From NCBI GenBank assembly GCA_034715975.1, contig JAYEFP010000105.1:1-33365 (forward strand): a stretch of DNA of 33,365 nucleotides, in the 5' to 3' direction. The notes beneath the pieces were generated by a model that ran no database searches, was not told the origin of the DNA, and was given only the letters and a program-made list of their open reading frames with translations. The DNA comes from Candidatus Bipolaricaulota bacterium. GTDB lineage: Bacteria > Bipolaricaulota > Bipolaricaulia > UBA7950 > UBA9294. The number at the start of each line of letters is the position of its first letter. Position 1 is the stretch's first letter. The translations under genes and the position numbers were made by a program. Below are positions 6,763 to 15,632 of this stretch, one piece after another.

Positions 6763-7763
6763 AAGAGGCGATCGCTTTGTTCCTTCCCTAGATGCTTGTA
6801 CGCACGCTCAGTGGCGATGCGTCCTTGGGGAGTACGCTGAATAAACCCCTTCTGCAGCAGATAGGGCTCTACCATGTCGGTGATCGTGTCCTTCTCCTCC
6901 GAGAGGGAGGCAGCCAATGTGTCCAGGCCGACCGGTCCGCCGCCGAACTTGACAACGATCGCCTGCAATAGAGCACGATCGAGCGTATCCAATCCGACCT
7001 CGTCGATCCGCAGCAGGTCAAGGGAACGCCTTGCCGTTTCCTCATCTATCTGTCCGTCTCCTTTGACCTGTGCCACGTCGCGGGTGCGGCGGAGTAGGCG
7101 AACAGCGATGCGCGGTGTCCCGCGTGAACGCCTGGCCAGCTCGTGTGCACCATCCTCTGCAACTTCTACTCCAAGGAGCTTCCCCGCGCGAATGATGATC
7201 TCTTGCAGCTCCTCTACCTGGTAGAAGGCGAGGCGAAATGCCACTTCGAACCGATCGCGCATCGGTGCCGATATCAAACCGGCACGGGTGGTGGCCCCGA
7301 TGAGCGTGAACGGGGGGAGGTCGATGCGCAGCGATTGAGCGTTCGGTCCCTCTCCAAGGATGATGTCTATTTTGTAGTCCTCCATCGCTGGGTAGAGGAT
7401 TTCCTCAACATTCCTGCGCAAACGATGAATCTCATCGATGAAGAACACATCGTGTGGTTTGAGGTTGGTCAGGATCGAAGCGAGGTCGCCCGCTTTCTCA
7501 ATTGCCGGCCCAGAGCTTGTACGAATGCTTACCCCCATCTCCGTGGCAATTATCTGCGCAAGTGTGGTCTTTCCCAGTCCTGGTGGGCCGTGCAGCAAGA
7601 CGTGGTCGAGAGGCTCCTCGCGCCCCTGTGCTGCAGCGATGTAGATGTGTAGCTTCTCCTTGATCTCCTCCTGACCGATGAAGTCGTCGAGTCGTGCAGG
7701 GCGCAGGTTTACGAGGGAGGGTTCATCTGCGGCTTGAAGTTCAATGGTTCGCTCGGTCGGCAT
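6759..7763 (-). CDS. ruvB: Holliday junction branch-migration helicase RuvB
   Basis: '[14 protein letters not shown]', Walker A 'GPPGLGKTT', Walker B 'FIDEIHRL', 'GATTRAGL', and C-terminal '[17 protein letters not shown]'. Confidence 0.95.
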   Translation of the reverse strand: MPTERTIELQAADEPSLVNLRPARLDDFIGQEEIKEKLHIYIAAAQGREEPLDHVLLHGPPGLGKTTLAQIIATEMGVSIRTSSGPAIEKAGDLASILTNLKPHDVFFIDEIHRLRRNVEEILYPAMEDYKIDIILGEGPNAQSLRIDLPPFTLIGATTRAGLISAPMRDRFEVAFRLAFYQVEELQEIIIRAGKLLGVEVAEDGAHELARRSRGTPRIAVRLLRRTRDVAQVKGDGQIDEETARRSLDLLRIDEVGLDTLDRALLQAIVVKFGGGPVGLDTLAASLSEEKDTITDMVEPYLLQKGFIQRTPQGRIATERAYKHLGKEQSDRLF

Positions 7764-7841
7764 TATGAGTAGATCTTACATGAGGGGAATCGTGCCGGTC
7801 AACTGCGAACGGATCTCGGCGGCTACTGATGGCTCATACTT

Positions 7842-7862
7842 GATGGCTGATAGCTGATAGCT
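7842..7862. repeat. Three tandem GAT[GA]GCT heptamers, plus a fourth copy at 7828-7834
   Basis: gatggct gatagct gatagct at 7842-7862 in the ruvB/ribF divergent region. The repeats fill the spacer of a weak candidate promoter: TTGATG 7840-7845, 16 nt, TATTCT 7862-7867. Confidence 0.6.
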
Positions 7863-7884
7863 ATTCTGTTATCATCTGGCTACC

Positions 7885-8841
7885 ATGTCTGGAACCAGGG
7901 AAGCAAAGAGTGTCGTTGCGATCGGAACATTCGATGGAGTCCATCGAGGGCATCAGGTCATGCTTGCTTTGTTAAATCAGATTGCCACAAAACAGGGCTT
8001 GCAACGGGTGGCGTACGCATTTATCTTCCCGCCGCGTCTTGCTGTAAGGGGAGAGACACGAGGGCTCCTCCTTCCCGAGGAAATCAAGGTGACTCTTCTT
8101 AAGCGATACGTTGATCGTGTGGAGAGGGTTAGCTTTGCAGATGTTTCCGGGATCTCTCCTGGCGTGTTCGTGCGCGATGTGCTAATTGAAAAGCTTGCTG
8201 CACGCGCCGTTGTGGTCGGGCAGAGCTTTCGCTTTGGGCATGATCGAGCGGGCGATCTCTCCTTGCTGCGAGCGATCTGCGAGAGGGAATCGGTATCTGT
8301 TGCCGCTGTTCCGCCTGTTGTTGTCGATGGATCTCCGGTGAGCAGCACTCGCATTCGCCACCTTATTTCCACTGGAATGATCGAAGACGCGGCCGTCCTC
8401 CTTGGCCGTCCTCCCCTCCTCGTGGGACGGGTTGTTCACGGCGATCGTCTGGGAAGAAAGCTTGGTCATCCCACTGCAAACCTGTCGATCGATGAACAAA
8501 TCCTCCTTCCAAAGGAGGGGCTGTATCTTGTGCAGGCCTTCTGGAATGGCAATCAGTCATCCGGTCTTCTCTACGTTGGCAAGCGCCCGACGGTGAATGG
8601 AAGTGACCGCCGGTGCGAAGTGCATCTGTTTAAGGAAGACGATCGCTCAGGTTTGGAAGACCTGGTTGTGACTGAGAATCTATACGGAAAGACACTGGAG
8701 GTACATATCTTGCGGAGGGTGCGAGATGATCGCTCTTTCCTATCGCTTGCTGAACTGCAACAGCAAATGGAGCGTGATGTTGAGGGTGCTCGCGTGTTGT
8801 TGACTACATCCGATTGGCCGGAAAAGCCGATCGTTACTTGA
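7885..8841 (+). CDS. ribF: Bifunctional riboflavin kinase / FMN adenylyltransferase
   Basis: N-terminal 'AIGTFDGVHRGH' (nucleotidyltransferase motif), 'SSTRIR', and a C-terminal riboflavin-kinase region 'G..LG.PTANL...P..GLY'. Confidence 0.9.
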   Translation: MSGTREAKSVVAIGTFDGVHRGHQVMLALLNQIATKQGLQRVAYAFIFPPRLAVRGETRGLLLPEEIKVTLLKRYVDRVERVSFADVSGISPGVFVRDVLIEKLAARAVVVGQSFRFGHDRAGDLSLLRAICERESVSVAAVPPVVVDGSPVSSTRIRHLISTGMIEDAAVLLGRPPLLVGRVVHGDRLGRKLGHPTANLSIDEQILLPKEGLYLVQAFWNGNQSSGLLYVGKRPTVNGSDRRCEVHLFKEDDRSGLEDLVVTENLYGKTLEVHILRRVRDDRSFLSLAELQQQMERDVEGARVLLTTSDWPEKPIVT

Positions 8842-8875
8842 AAACAGATAGATACGGAATTACCATTGTCCTGGA

Positions 8876-9574
8876 ATGATAACATTAGGTATAGATACGT
8901 CTGCGGCTGAAGGCGGAGTGGCGTTGTGCAAAGACGACGAAACGCTGACGGAACTAATGATGGAGTCTCCTCTGCAGCATGCAGAGGAGCTTGTGCCGTT
9001 GATTGATGAGGCTCTCGATCGCTGTGAGTTGGAGACTTCTGATGTCGATCTTGTGAGCGTGAACAGCGGGCCGGGATCATTTACTGGCCTAAGGATCGGA
9101 TTGGCGACGGCAAAGGGTATATGCCAAGCAGCGAAGATTCCCCTCGTGGGGATTGACGGGTGGCGGATGTTTCGCGAGCGGGCCACATCGGCTGTCGACG
9201 CACGTATGTGCGTTGTGATCGAGAACCGGCGCGACCTGTACTACGTACAGTGGTTTGTTGGCGAGACTCCCATGCATGAGGCGGCGGTGCTATCCGGAGA
9301 CGAAGTGGTAAAGAGGATCTGTGCAGAGAAGAGGTCAGTGCACGTGGTCGGAAGCGGTGTAGCCGGGTTGCGTCAGCGTCTGGTGGGATGCCGTGTAGCA
9401 GAGCACTGCGCAGCAAAGCGTTGCTTTGTTGACTGTGCTCCCGAGAACCTGAACCGGCAGTCTCCGGCAACGATCGCCCGCCTCGGAGCACGGAGGTTCT
9501 TGCAGGATCAGCTCTATGATCTTGAGCCGGTGTACGTTGAGCCTGTATTGGCAAGGATAAGCAAGGAATCTTAG
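8876..9574 (+). CDS. tsaB: tRNA t6A biosynthesis protein TsaB (YeaZ family)
   Basis: 'ITLGIDTS' and 'GPGSFTGLRIGLATAKG' are YeaZ/TsaB hallmarks. Confidence 0.85.
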   Translation: MITLGIDTSAAEGGVALCKDDETLTELMMESPLQHAEELVPLIDEALDRCELETSDVDLVSVNSGPGSFTGLRIGLATAKGICQAAKIPLVGIDGWRMFRERATSAVDARMCVVIENRRDLYYVQWFVGETPMHEAAVLSGDEVVKRICAEKRSVHVVGSGVAGLRQRLVGCRVAEHCAAKRCFVDCAPENLNRQSPATIARLGARRFLQDQLYDLEPVYVEPVLARISKES

Positions 9575-9588
9575 AAGAGGTGAGTTCA

Positions 9589-9780
9589 ATGTCTCAAGTT
9601 TGCGATATTTGTGGGAAGCGGCCATCGGCTGGAAATCAGGTAAGCCACTCCATGCGTCATACGCGGCGCATGCGGATGCCAAACATCCAGCGCGTACATG
9701 CGTACGTTGATGGAAAGAAGGTCTGGATCAATGCATGCACTCGTTGTATCAAGTCGGGGAAGGTTAAGAAGGTTGTCTGA
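9589..9780 (+). CDS. rpmB: 50S ribosomal protein L28
   Basis: 'MSQVCDICGKRPSAGNQVSHSMRHTRR...PN.Q' is the L28 signature. ATG 9589 is preferred over GTG 9580. Confidence 0.9.
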   Translation: MSQVCDICGKRPSAGNQVSHSMRHTRRMRMPNIQRVHAYVDGKKVWINACTRCIKSGKVKKVV

Positions 9781-9841
9781 TGCGATGCTGAAGAATTCCT
9801 CGTTGACCAAGATGAGGGATTAACAAAAACTGGGTGGTTCG

Positions 9842-10291
9842 ATGTCAGTAGAGACTGGAGAGACGGTCATCGGAAGAGTTGTTGAGGTGACCGAGCGAGG
9901 GCTTGTCGTATCCCTGTCCGATGAGAATACTGGCATTGCACCTCCTTGCGCTTCATTATCGATCGAAACGATGATGGAGCGGTTTTCTTCTGGCGCGCAG
10001 GTGCGTGTCTTAGTTGGCGTGCAAGGCGAGAATGGCAGCTATGCCCTATCCATACAACAGAAGCCTGTGGATGCCGATATAGCCGAATTCGACCAGGAGT
10101 TTGCACGCCTGAATCACGAACTAACCAACTACTCTTCCCACACTATTACACCAGTCCACTCCTCACCGGAGAGTCCATCAATCGAAGAGAAAATAGAAGA
10201 GTGGATCGCCAAGGCTGAACGGTGCCTTGCACGCTTGCACAAGAACCGTGGCAAGCGGCTTAGCGAGGAATTCTACAATAACAAGCAATAG
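9842..10291 (+). CDS. S1-like RNA-binding domain protein
   Basis: 'GETVIGRVVEVTERGLVVSLSDENTGIAP' is an S1/OB-fold N-terminus. The acidic/helical C-terminal tail was not recognised. Confidence 0.5.
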   Translation: MSVETGETVIGRVVEVTERGLVVSLSDENTGIAPPCASLSIETMMERFSSGAQVRVLVGVQGENGSYALSIQQKPVDADIAEFDQEFARLNHELTNYSSHTITPVHSSPESPSIEEKIEEWIAKAERCLARLHKNRGKRLSEEFYNNKQ

Positions 10292-10304
10292 AACGGAGGT
10301 CACC

Positions 10305-10529
10305 GTGCCAAGAGGGATGGTTGTGATCGACAAGGAGCGCTGCAAGGGATGCGGGTTGTGCATTGCTGCATGTCCACATCAGGTGCTCGCCTATTCGGGA
10401 GAACTCAATCACAGTGGGTACAACGTAGTGCATATGGAACAACCAGAGGCGTGCGTTGGGTGTGCATTCTGTGCCCTGACGTGCCCCGATGTCGCGATTG
10501 AGGTCTACCGAGAGAAGGTCGCCGCTTGA
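10305..10529 (+). CDS. 2-oxoacid:ferredoxin oxidoreductase delta subunit (2x[4Fe-4S] ferredoxin)
   Basis: Two C..C..C...CP motifs ('CKGCGLCIAACP', 'CVGCAFCALTCP'). GTG 10305 lies 5 nt after GGAGG, and the upstream part of the ORF overlaps the S1 gene. It is the first gene of a D-A-B-C set. Confidence 0.8.
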   Translation: MPRGMVVIDKERCKGCGLCIAACPHQVLAYSGELNHSGYNVVHMEQPEACVGCAFCALTCPDVAIEVYREKVAA

Positions 10530-10563
10530 CAAGCTACTGCCCAAAGGGTTGTGTTAGGAGGAG

Positions 10564-11622
10564 ATGATGGGAGAGAAGGTTTTGATGAGGGGAAACGAGG
10601 TGATTGCCGAGGCAGCGATACGCGCTGGTTGCCAGTGCTATTTCGCCTACCCGATCACCCCGCAAGCCGAGCTTCTGGAGCATATGGCGGAGCACATGCC
10701 CCGACTGGGGCGCACATTTGTGCAAGCGGAGAGCGAGTTGGCAGCGATCAACATGATCTACGGAGCTGCTTCCGTCGGAGTGCGAACGATGACTTCTTCT
10801 TCTTCGCCTGGGATCAGCTTGAAGCAGGAAGGGATCTCTTATCTTGCTGGATCGAGCCTCCCCGCGGTGATTGTCAATATCGTACGTGGAGGCCCAGGGC
10901 TGGGTGATATTGCTCCATCGCAGTGTGACTACTTCCAGGCAACAAAAGGAGGAGGACACGGGGACTACCATATGATCGTCCTCGGCCCATCCACTGTTCC
11001 CGAGGCGGGAACGCTGACGATGCTTGCCTTCGATCTTGCCGATAAGTACCGCACGCCAGTGATGATCCTCGCTGATGGGATGCTCGGGCAGATGATGGAG
11101 CCGGTTGAGCTTCCCGAGCCGATCGACATCGCATCGCTTCCGAAAAAGGACTGGGCAACCACCGGAGCCAAGGGACGCGATCCGAACATTATCCTCAGCT
11201 TCGATCTCGATCCGGAGGTTCTCAAGCAGATGAACCTCGATCTGCAGCGCCGCTACCGCGAGATCGAGAAGAGTGAGGTGCGCTACGAAGAGGTGCAGAC
11301 CGAGGATGCTGATATCGTGATCGCCGCCTATGGCACGACTGCGCGCATTGCTAAGACGGTCATCCGCGTGGCGAGAGCGGAGGGAATCAAGCTTGGGCTG
11401 TTCCGCCCAATCACCCTGTGGCCATTCCCGTACGAACCGCTGAAGAAGCTCTCTGATCGTGTGCAGACCGTCCTCACGGTAGAAATGAGCGCCGGTCAGA
11501 TGTGGGAGGACGTACGCCTGGCCGTGGCTGAGCGCGCCGACACCCCGTTCTACGGGGAAATGGGCGGTGTTGTTCCCACACCGGGTGGAATCCTAAGCGA
11601 GGTGAAGAAGTATGCCCACTGA
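10564..11622 (+). CDS. 2-oxoacid:ferredoxin oxidoreductase alpha subunit
   Basis: 'GNEVIAEAAIRAGCQCYFAYPITPQAE' and 'AESELAAINMIYGAASVGVRTMTSSSSPG' are typical OFOR alpha-subunit N-terminal motifs. Confidence 0.85.
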   Translation: MMGEKVLMRGNEVIAEAAIRAGCQCYFAYPITPQAELLEHMAEHMPRLGRTFVQAESELAAINMIYGAASVGVRTMTSSSSPGISLKQEGISYLAGSSLPAVIVNIVRGGPGLGDIAPSQCDYFQATKGGGHGDYHMIVLGPSTVPEAGTLTMLAFDLADKYRTPVMILADGMLGQMMEPVELPEPIDIASLPKKDWATTGAKGRDPNIILSFDLDPEVLKQMNLDLQRRYREIEKSEVRYEEVQTEDADIVIAAYGTTARIAKTVIRVARAEGIKLGLFRPITLWPFPYEPLKKLSDRVQTVLTVEMSAGQMWEDVRLAVAERADTPFYGEMGGVVPTPGGILSEVKKYAH

Positions 11623-12370
11623 CTTGCACAACATGGTTAAGGTATTCTCCCGGCCCAAGAGCCTTACCGATGCCCGTTCTACTTATTGCCCCGGCTGTCA
11701 ACACGGGATCTTAACGCGCATCATTGGCCAAACGATCGATGAATTGAAGATCGCAGAACGGACCGTGATCATCGCTCCGGTCGGATGTTCCGTATTCGCC
11801 TACCTCTGGTATCGTTGCGACGCTGTGCAAGCGGCACACGGCCGGGCCAGCGCCGTAGCCACGGGCGTCAAGCGCGCGGATTCGAACCTCGTCGTCCTCT
11901 CCTATCAGGGGGACGGAGACTTTGCGAGCATCGGAACGGCCGAATCGATTCACGCCGCGAATCGTGGAGAGAACATCACCGTCATCTTCGTTAACAATCA
12001 GATATACGGGATGACCGGCGGCGAGATGGCCCCCACTTCCCTTGTTGGGCAGAAGACGACGACCACACCGAATGGCCGCGATGCGGCGCTCTTCGGCTAT
12101 CCGATCCGGTTCTCCGAGATGATCGCACAGCTCGACGCGCCTGTGTATGTGACCAGACAGGCGTTGTACGACACGAAGCGGATCATGGACGCTACCAAAG
12201 CGATCAAGAAGGCGTTCACAAACCAAGTGGAAGGGAAGGGATACTCGCTCGTCGAGGTTCTCTCCACATGCCCGACGAACTGGCACATGAAGCCCGTCGA
12301 TGCGAGCAGGCACGTTGCCGATATGGTAACCAAGGTTTATCCCCTTGGCGATCTGGTAGATAGGGGGTAG
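11612..12370 (+). CDS. 2-oxoacid:ferredoxin oxidoreductase beta subunit (TPP-binding)
   Basis: 'YCPGCQHG' and 'GDGD...IG' form the TPP/cluster-binding pattern. Overlaps the alpha stop by 11 nt. Confidence 0.85.
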   Translation: MPTDLHNMVKVFSRPKSLTDARSTYCPGCQHGILTRIIGQTIDELKIAERTVIIAPVGCSVFAYLWYRCDAVQAAHGRASAVATGVKRADSNLVVLSYQGDGDFASIGTAESIHAANRGENITVIFVNNQIYGMTGGEMAPTSLVGQKTTTTPNGRDAALFGYPIRFSEMIAQLDAPVYVTRQALYDTKRIMDATKAIKKAFTNQVEGKGYSLVEVLSTCPTNWHMKPVDASRHVADMVTKVYPLGDLVDRG

Positions 12371-12372
12371 GG

Positions 12373-12912
12373 ATGGAACAGTCAGTTATTATTTCAGGAT
12401 TTGGTGGGCAAGGAGTGATCTTGGCAGGGAAAATCCTTGCGCAAGCAGCGATGAATCATGGGCTCGAGGTAACATGGCTCCCATCGTACGGTCCGGAGAT
12501 GCGTGGAGGAACCGCTAACTGTACTGTCGTCTTAGGAAACGAGACTGTTGGCTCGCCAATTGTCGATGAACCAACCTCTCTCATTGCGATGAACCTTCCT
12601 TCGCTCGACAAGTTCGAGCGCATGGTTGCGAGTGGCGGCACGATCATCGTCAACTCGTCACTGATCGATCGCGACGTCAGCCGTGACGATGTCCGCGTAA
12701 CCCAATTACCACTGAACGACTTGGGAACAAAGGCGGGCAGCATGCGTGCGATCAACATGGTTGCGTTGGGGGGATACCTCAAAGCGACAGGCGTCATACC
12801 ACTTGATGTAGTGAAGAAAACTATGGCGCAGATGCTGGAGAAGGGAGGAAAAGGGAAGTTCGTGTCGCTTAACGCAAAGGCGCTCGATGAAGGATACAAC
12901 GCCGCACACTGA
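12373..12912 (+). CDS. 2-oxoacid:ferredoxin oxidoreductase gamma subunit
   Basis: 'ISGFGGQGVILAGKILAQAA...YGPEMRGG' is the gamma-subunit signature. Confidence 0.85.
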   Translation: MEQSVIISGFGGQGVILAGKILAQAAMNHGLEVTWLPSYGPEMRGGTANCTVVLGNETVGSPIVDEPTSLIAMNLPSLDKFERMVASGGTIIVNSSLIDRDVSRDDVRVTQLPLNDLGTKAGSMRAINMVALGGYLKATGVIPLDVVKKTMAQMLEKGGKGKFVSLNAKALDEGYNAAH

Positions 12913-13432
12913 CAATCGCCTTACCGAGAGACAAGAGGTGTTTGAGGGGAGGCTTATCAGCCTCGTCGTCGACCGCCTGCGCCTCTCAACCGGAGTCGAG
13001 GTGACGCGAGAGGTTGTCCTCCATCCGGCTGTTGTGGCGATATTGCCCATTCTCCCAGATGACCGCCTTCTCCTGGTCGAACAATATCGCCATCCGGTAG
13101 GCGCTCTTCTGTGGGAGATTCCAGCGGGCCTGATCGATCCAGGGGAGTCTCCGCTCATCGCCGCAAAGCGAGAACTGCGCGAGGAGACGGGATATGAAGC
13201 GCAGGAGTGGGTGGAGAACGTCTCCTTCTTCACTTCCCCTGGATTCACCAATGAGAAGATGACGCTCTACGAGGCACGAGGTCTGGTCAAGGTGAGTGTT
13301 GCGGACCCTAATGAGATCGACACCGCTCGTGCCTTTACCTCCTCCGAGCTAACTCGCTTGATCGAAGACGGGACAATTCGCGACGGGAAGACGATCCTGG
13401 CGATTCTTAACTGGCAAGCCGCCACCAGTTGA
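12887..13432 (+). CDS. Nudix hydrolase (ADP-ribose pyrophosphatase-like)
   Basis: Nudix box 'GLIDPGESPLIAAKRELREETGY'. ATG 12887 lies 6 nt after AAAGG and overlaps the gamma-subunit gene by 26 nt. Confidence 0.8.
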   Translation: MKDTTPHTDNRLTERQEVFEGRLISLVVDRLRLSTGVEVTREVVLHPAVVAILPILPDDRLLLVEQYRHPVGALLWEIPAGLIDPGESPLIAAKRELREETGYEAQEWVENVSFFTSPGFTNEKMTLYEARGLVKVSVADPNEIDTARAFTSSELTRLIEDGTIRDGKTILAILNWQAATS

Positions 13433-13710
13433 TCCTCCATCGGCAATGCGCATGGCTCTTTGCCGTTTAGCGTGGGTAGCGATTCTTGACCGCAAATGAT
13501 AGAAGACCGTCCTCTGCGCCTCTGCGAGAGAATGCTTCTGTCCTTTCTCATCACTCGTCACTCATTACGTATCACCGTTCGATGTCTTTGCTAGAGGCAC
13601 TCTGTTACATAGCATATTTCCACTTACCCACTCAAGACGATAAGGAACCATGCGCGTGAGTTTGGCCGCGCAATTCGTAAAAGCCGACAAAGCGCGCTAT
13701 TCTAAGTGAC

Positions 13711-15528
13711 ATGAGAGATAATCACGTAACCAAACAAACAGCCAAGCCATGGAAGCGGTCACGGTTCTTCCGCTTTGGACGGAACGGGAACGGCGAGTAT
13801 CACTTCACCTCTACCTCGATGCCCAAGAACGTCCACTCACTTGGGAACGGGAAAATTGGAGGAAAAGCACGCGGGTTGCTGTTTGTCATCAATCATCTCG
13901 CCAAAGGCGGGACGCTCACGGCCCATGACGACCTTCTTCGATTTCCGGACTCTCTGATAGTAAGGACGGACATATTCGATGAATTCATGGAGGCAGGTAA
14001 CCTGAATGAGGCTGTTCTCGCCAGATGCAATCAACAGTTTGATCCGGATGAGTTGCAACAGCGCATCGTATCCTCCCCGTTTCCTGTGACAGCTCGTGAC
14101 GCGCTGGCACGATTCCTGACTGATGAGCATCGCCCGCTTGTCGTCCGCTCGTCGTCTCTTATGGAGGATAATCCGAAGCATTCCTTCGCCGGGATCTATC
14201 TATCGGAATTTCTGGCCAACACAGGCAGCGACGACGAGCGCTTGGAAGCGCTGCTTGCTTCGATCAAACGTGTGTATGCGTCGACCTTTGGGCAGAACGC
14301 GCGTGCATACCGCAAGCGGCACGCCCTTCCTTGGAGCGAAGAGAAGATGGCGATCCTGATTCAGAACATGATCGGGCAGCACTATCAACAGGACCTGTTT
14401 TATCCACTGATAGGTGGAGTCGGTTTCTCTCTCAATTTCTACCCTTGGAGTGACCGTCTACGCTCGGAAGATGGCGTTGTTCGCCTCGTCGTTGGCGTGG
14501 GGACCCGCGCGGTCGGGCGCGAGTATGCCCGTGTCTTCTCTCCCAAGCTTCCCGGCTTGCGACCGGAGGGCTCGGACGACCAAGCGATCATCCAGTACTC
14601 GCAGGAGGCGGTTGATGTCCTCGATATGAAGAAGAAGTGCCTTAGCAAGACACGTCTTCCCTTATTGCACAATTCACTCTTGCGCAAGGTCTGTTCCGTC
14701 GTCGACGCAGACGGTGTCTTGAGCGAGCCAGTTTCCGCCCTTCCTCCCGTTGGGAGGTACATCGCGTCATTCGAGCGATTTATCGGCAAGAGCAACATCA
14801 TGCCGTTCACTCCCCTGTTACGCCAGCTCCTCGCCGGGCTGCAGGGGTTGTTCGAGCGCCCGATCGATATCGAATTTGCGGTCAACTTCCCGACACAGGA
14901 AGAGGATGGTTCTCCACTGTTCTACCTTCTGCAAGCACGTCCACTTGGAGGCAGGTCGCAGCATCGCGCGATCCACCTCCCTAACGCATCCCCACAAGAA
15001 ACACTCCTAAGTAGCCAGCGTGTGTTGGGAAACGGGGTGCGAAGGAGGATTCATGACCTGATCTTCGTGGATCCAGCAACATACCGCTGGGAGGAAGCAC
15101 ACGGGATCGCACGCCAGGTAGGGAAGATCGACGATGCCTTGAGTGGTAAAGAGTACATCCTGATCGGACCTGGACGATGGGGGACATCGAATCCGCAGCT
15201 CGGTGTGCCCGTTGAGTACGGAGAGATCGCCGGTGCATCCGTGATCGTGGAGATGGCGACGGAGTCATTCTCCCCCGAACTCTCCTACGGAACGCATTTC
15301 TATGCCGACATGGTGGCCAGCCGCGTCCTCTATCTCCCGTTTAACGCTAGCCTTGGCGACTACTTCAACCAGGACTTGCTCGATCGGCAGGGCGTGGTGT
15401 TCGCTGATTCCTTCGTCAAACACGTTCACTTTCAGAAAGGCTTGGATGTCTACGTAGATGGAAAGGGAAAGCGAAGTCTGATCTGTATTTCTCAGGGCAA
15501 GCGCAGGATGCAAATCGATCGCAGATGA
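13711..15528 (+). CDS. PEP/pyruvate-binding (PPDK_N-type ATP-grasp) domain protein lacking swivel-His and PEP-utiliser domains
   Basis: 'IGGKARGL' and 'VVRSSSLMEDNPKHSFAGIYLS' match the N-terminal nucleotide-binding domain of PEP synthase / pyruvate phosphate dikinase. No GG.TSH-type phospho-His motif occurs anywhere in the 605 aa. An alternative start is ATG 13819 (MPKNVHSL...). Confidence 0.7.
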   Translation: MRDNHVTKQTAKPWKRSRFFRFGRNGNGEYHFTSTSMPKNVHSLGNGKIGGKARGLLFVINHLAKGGTLTAHDDLLRFPDSLIVRTDIFDEFMEAGNLNEAVLARCNQQFDPDELQQRIVSSPFPVTARDALARFLTDEHRPLVVRSSSLMEDNPKHSFAGIYLSEFLANTGSDDERLEALLASIKRVYASTFGQNARAYRKRHALPWSEEKMAILIQNMIGQHYQQDLFYPLIGGVGFSLNFYPWSDRLRSEDGVVRLVVGVGTRAVGREYARVFSPKLPGLRPEGSDDQAIIQYSQEAVDVLDMKKKCLSKTRLPLLHNSLLRKVCSVVDADGVLSEPVSALPPVGRYIASFERFIGKSNIMPFTPLLRQLLAGLQGLFERPIDIEFAVNFPTQEEDGSPLFYLLQARPLGGRSQHRAIHLPNASPQETLLSSQRVLGNGVRRRIHDLIFVDPATYRWEEAHGIARQVGKIDDALSGKEYILIGPGRWGTSNPQLGVPVEYGEIAGASVIVEMATESFSPELSYGTHFYADMVASRVLYLPFNASLGDYFNQDLLDRQGVVFADSFVKHVHFQKGLDVYVDGKGKRSLICISQGKRRMQIDRR

Positions 15529-15632
15529 TGAATGCTGGTTTTTCTTTGAACGGCAATTTGTGGTATTATTGGGTGAAGATTGAATCCTGCGGGATGTAAC
15601 CCATGAGACAACAGGCGGCATAAGGAGGGTCA

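Noticed and set aside
7764-7884. FMN riboswitch upstream of ribF.
   Set aside because: The 121-nt region is too short and shows none of the conserved FMN-element helices or sequence blocks I recognise. ribF is also not normally riboswitch-controlled.
13650-13709. 19-codon upstream ORF (MRVSLAAQFVKADKARYSK*) ending 1 nt before the ATG of the PPDK_N gene, possibly a leader peptide.
   Set aside because: The AAGGA lies only 3 nt from its ATG, I can see no conservation or attenuator structure, and ORFs of this size are expected by chance. The true start of the downstream gene may also be 13819.
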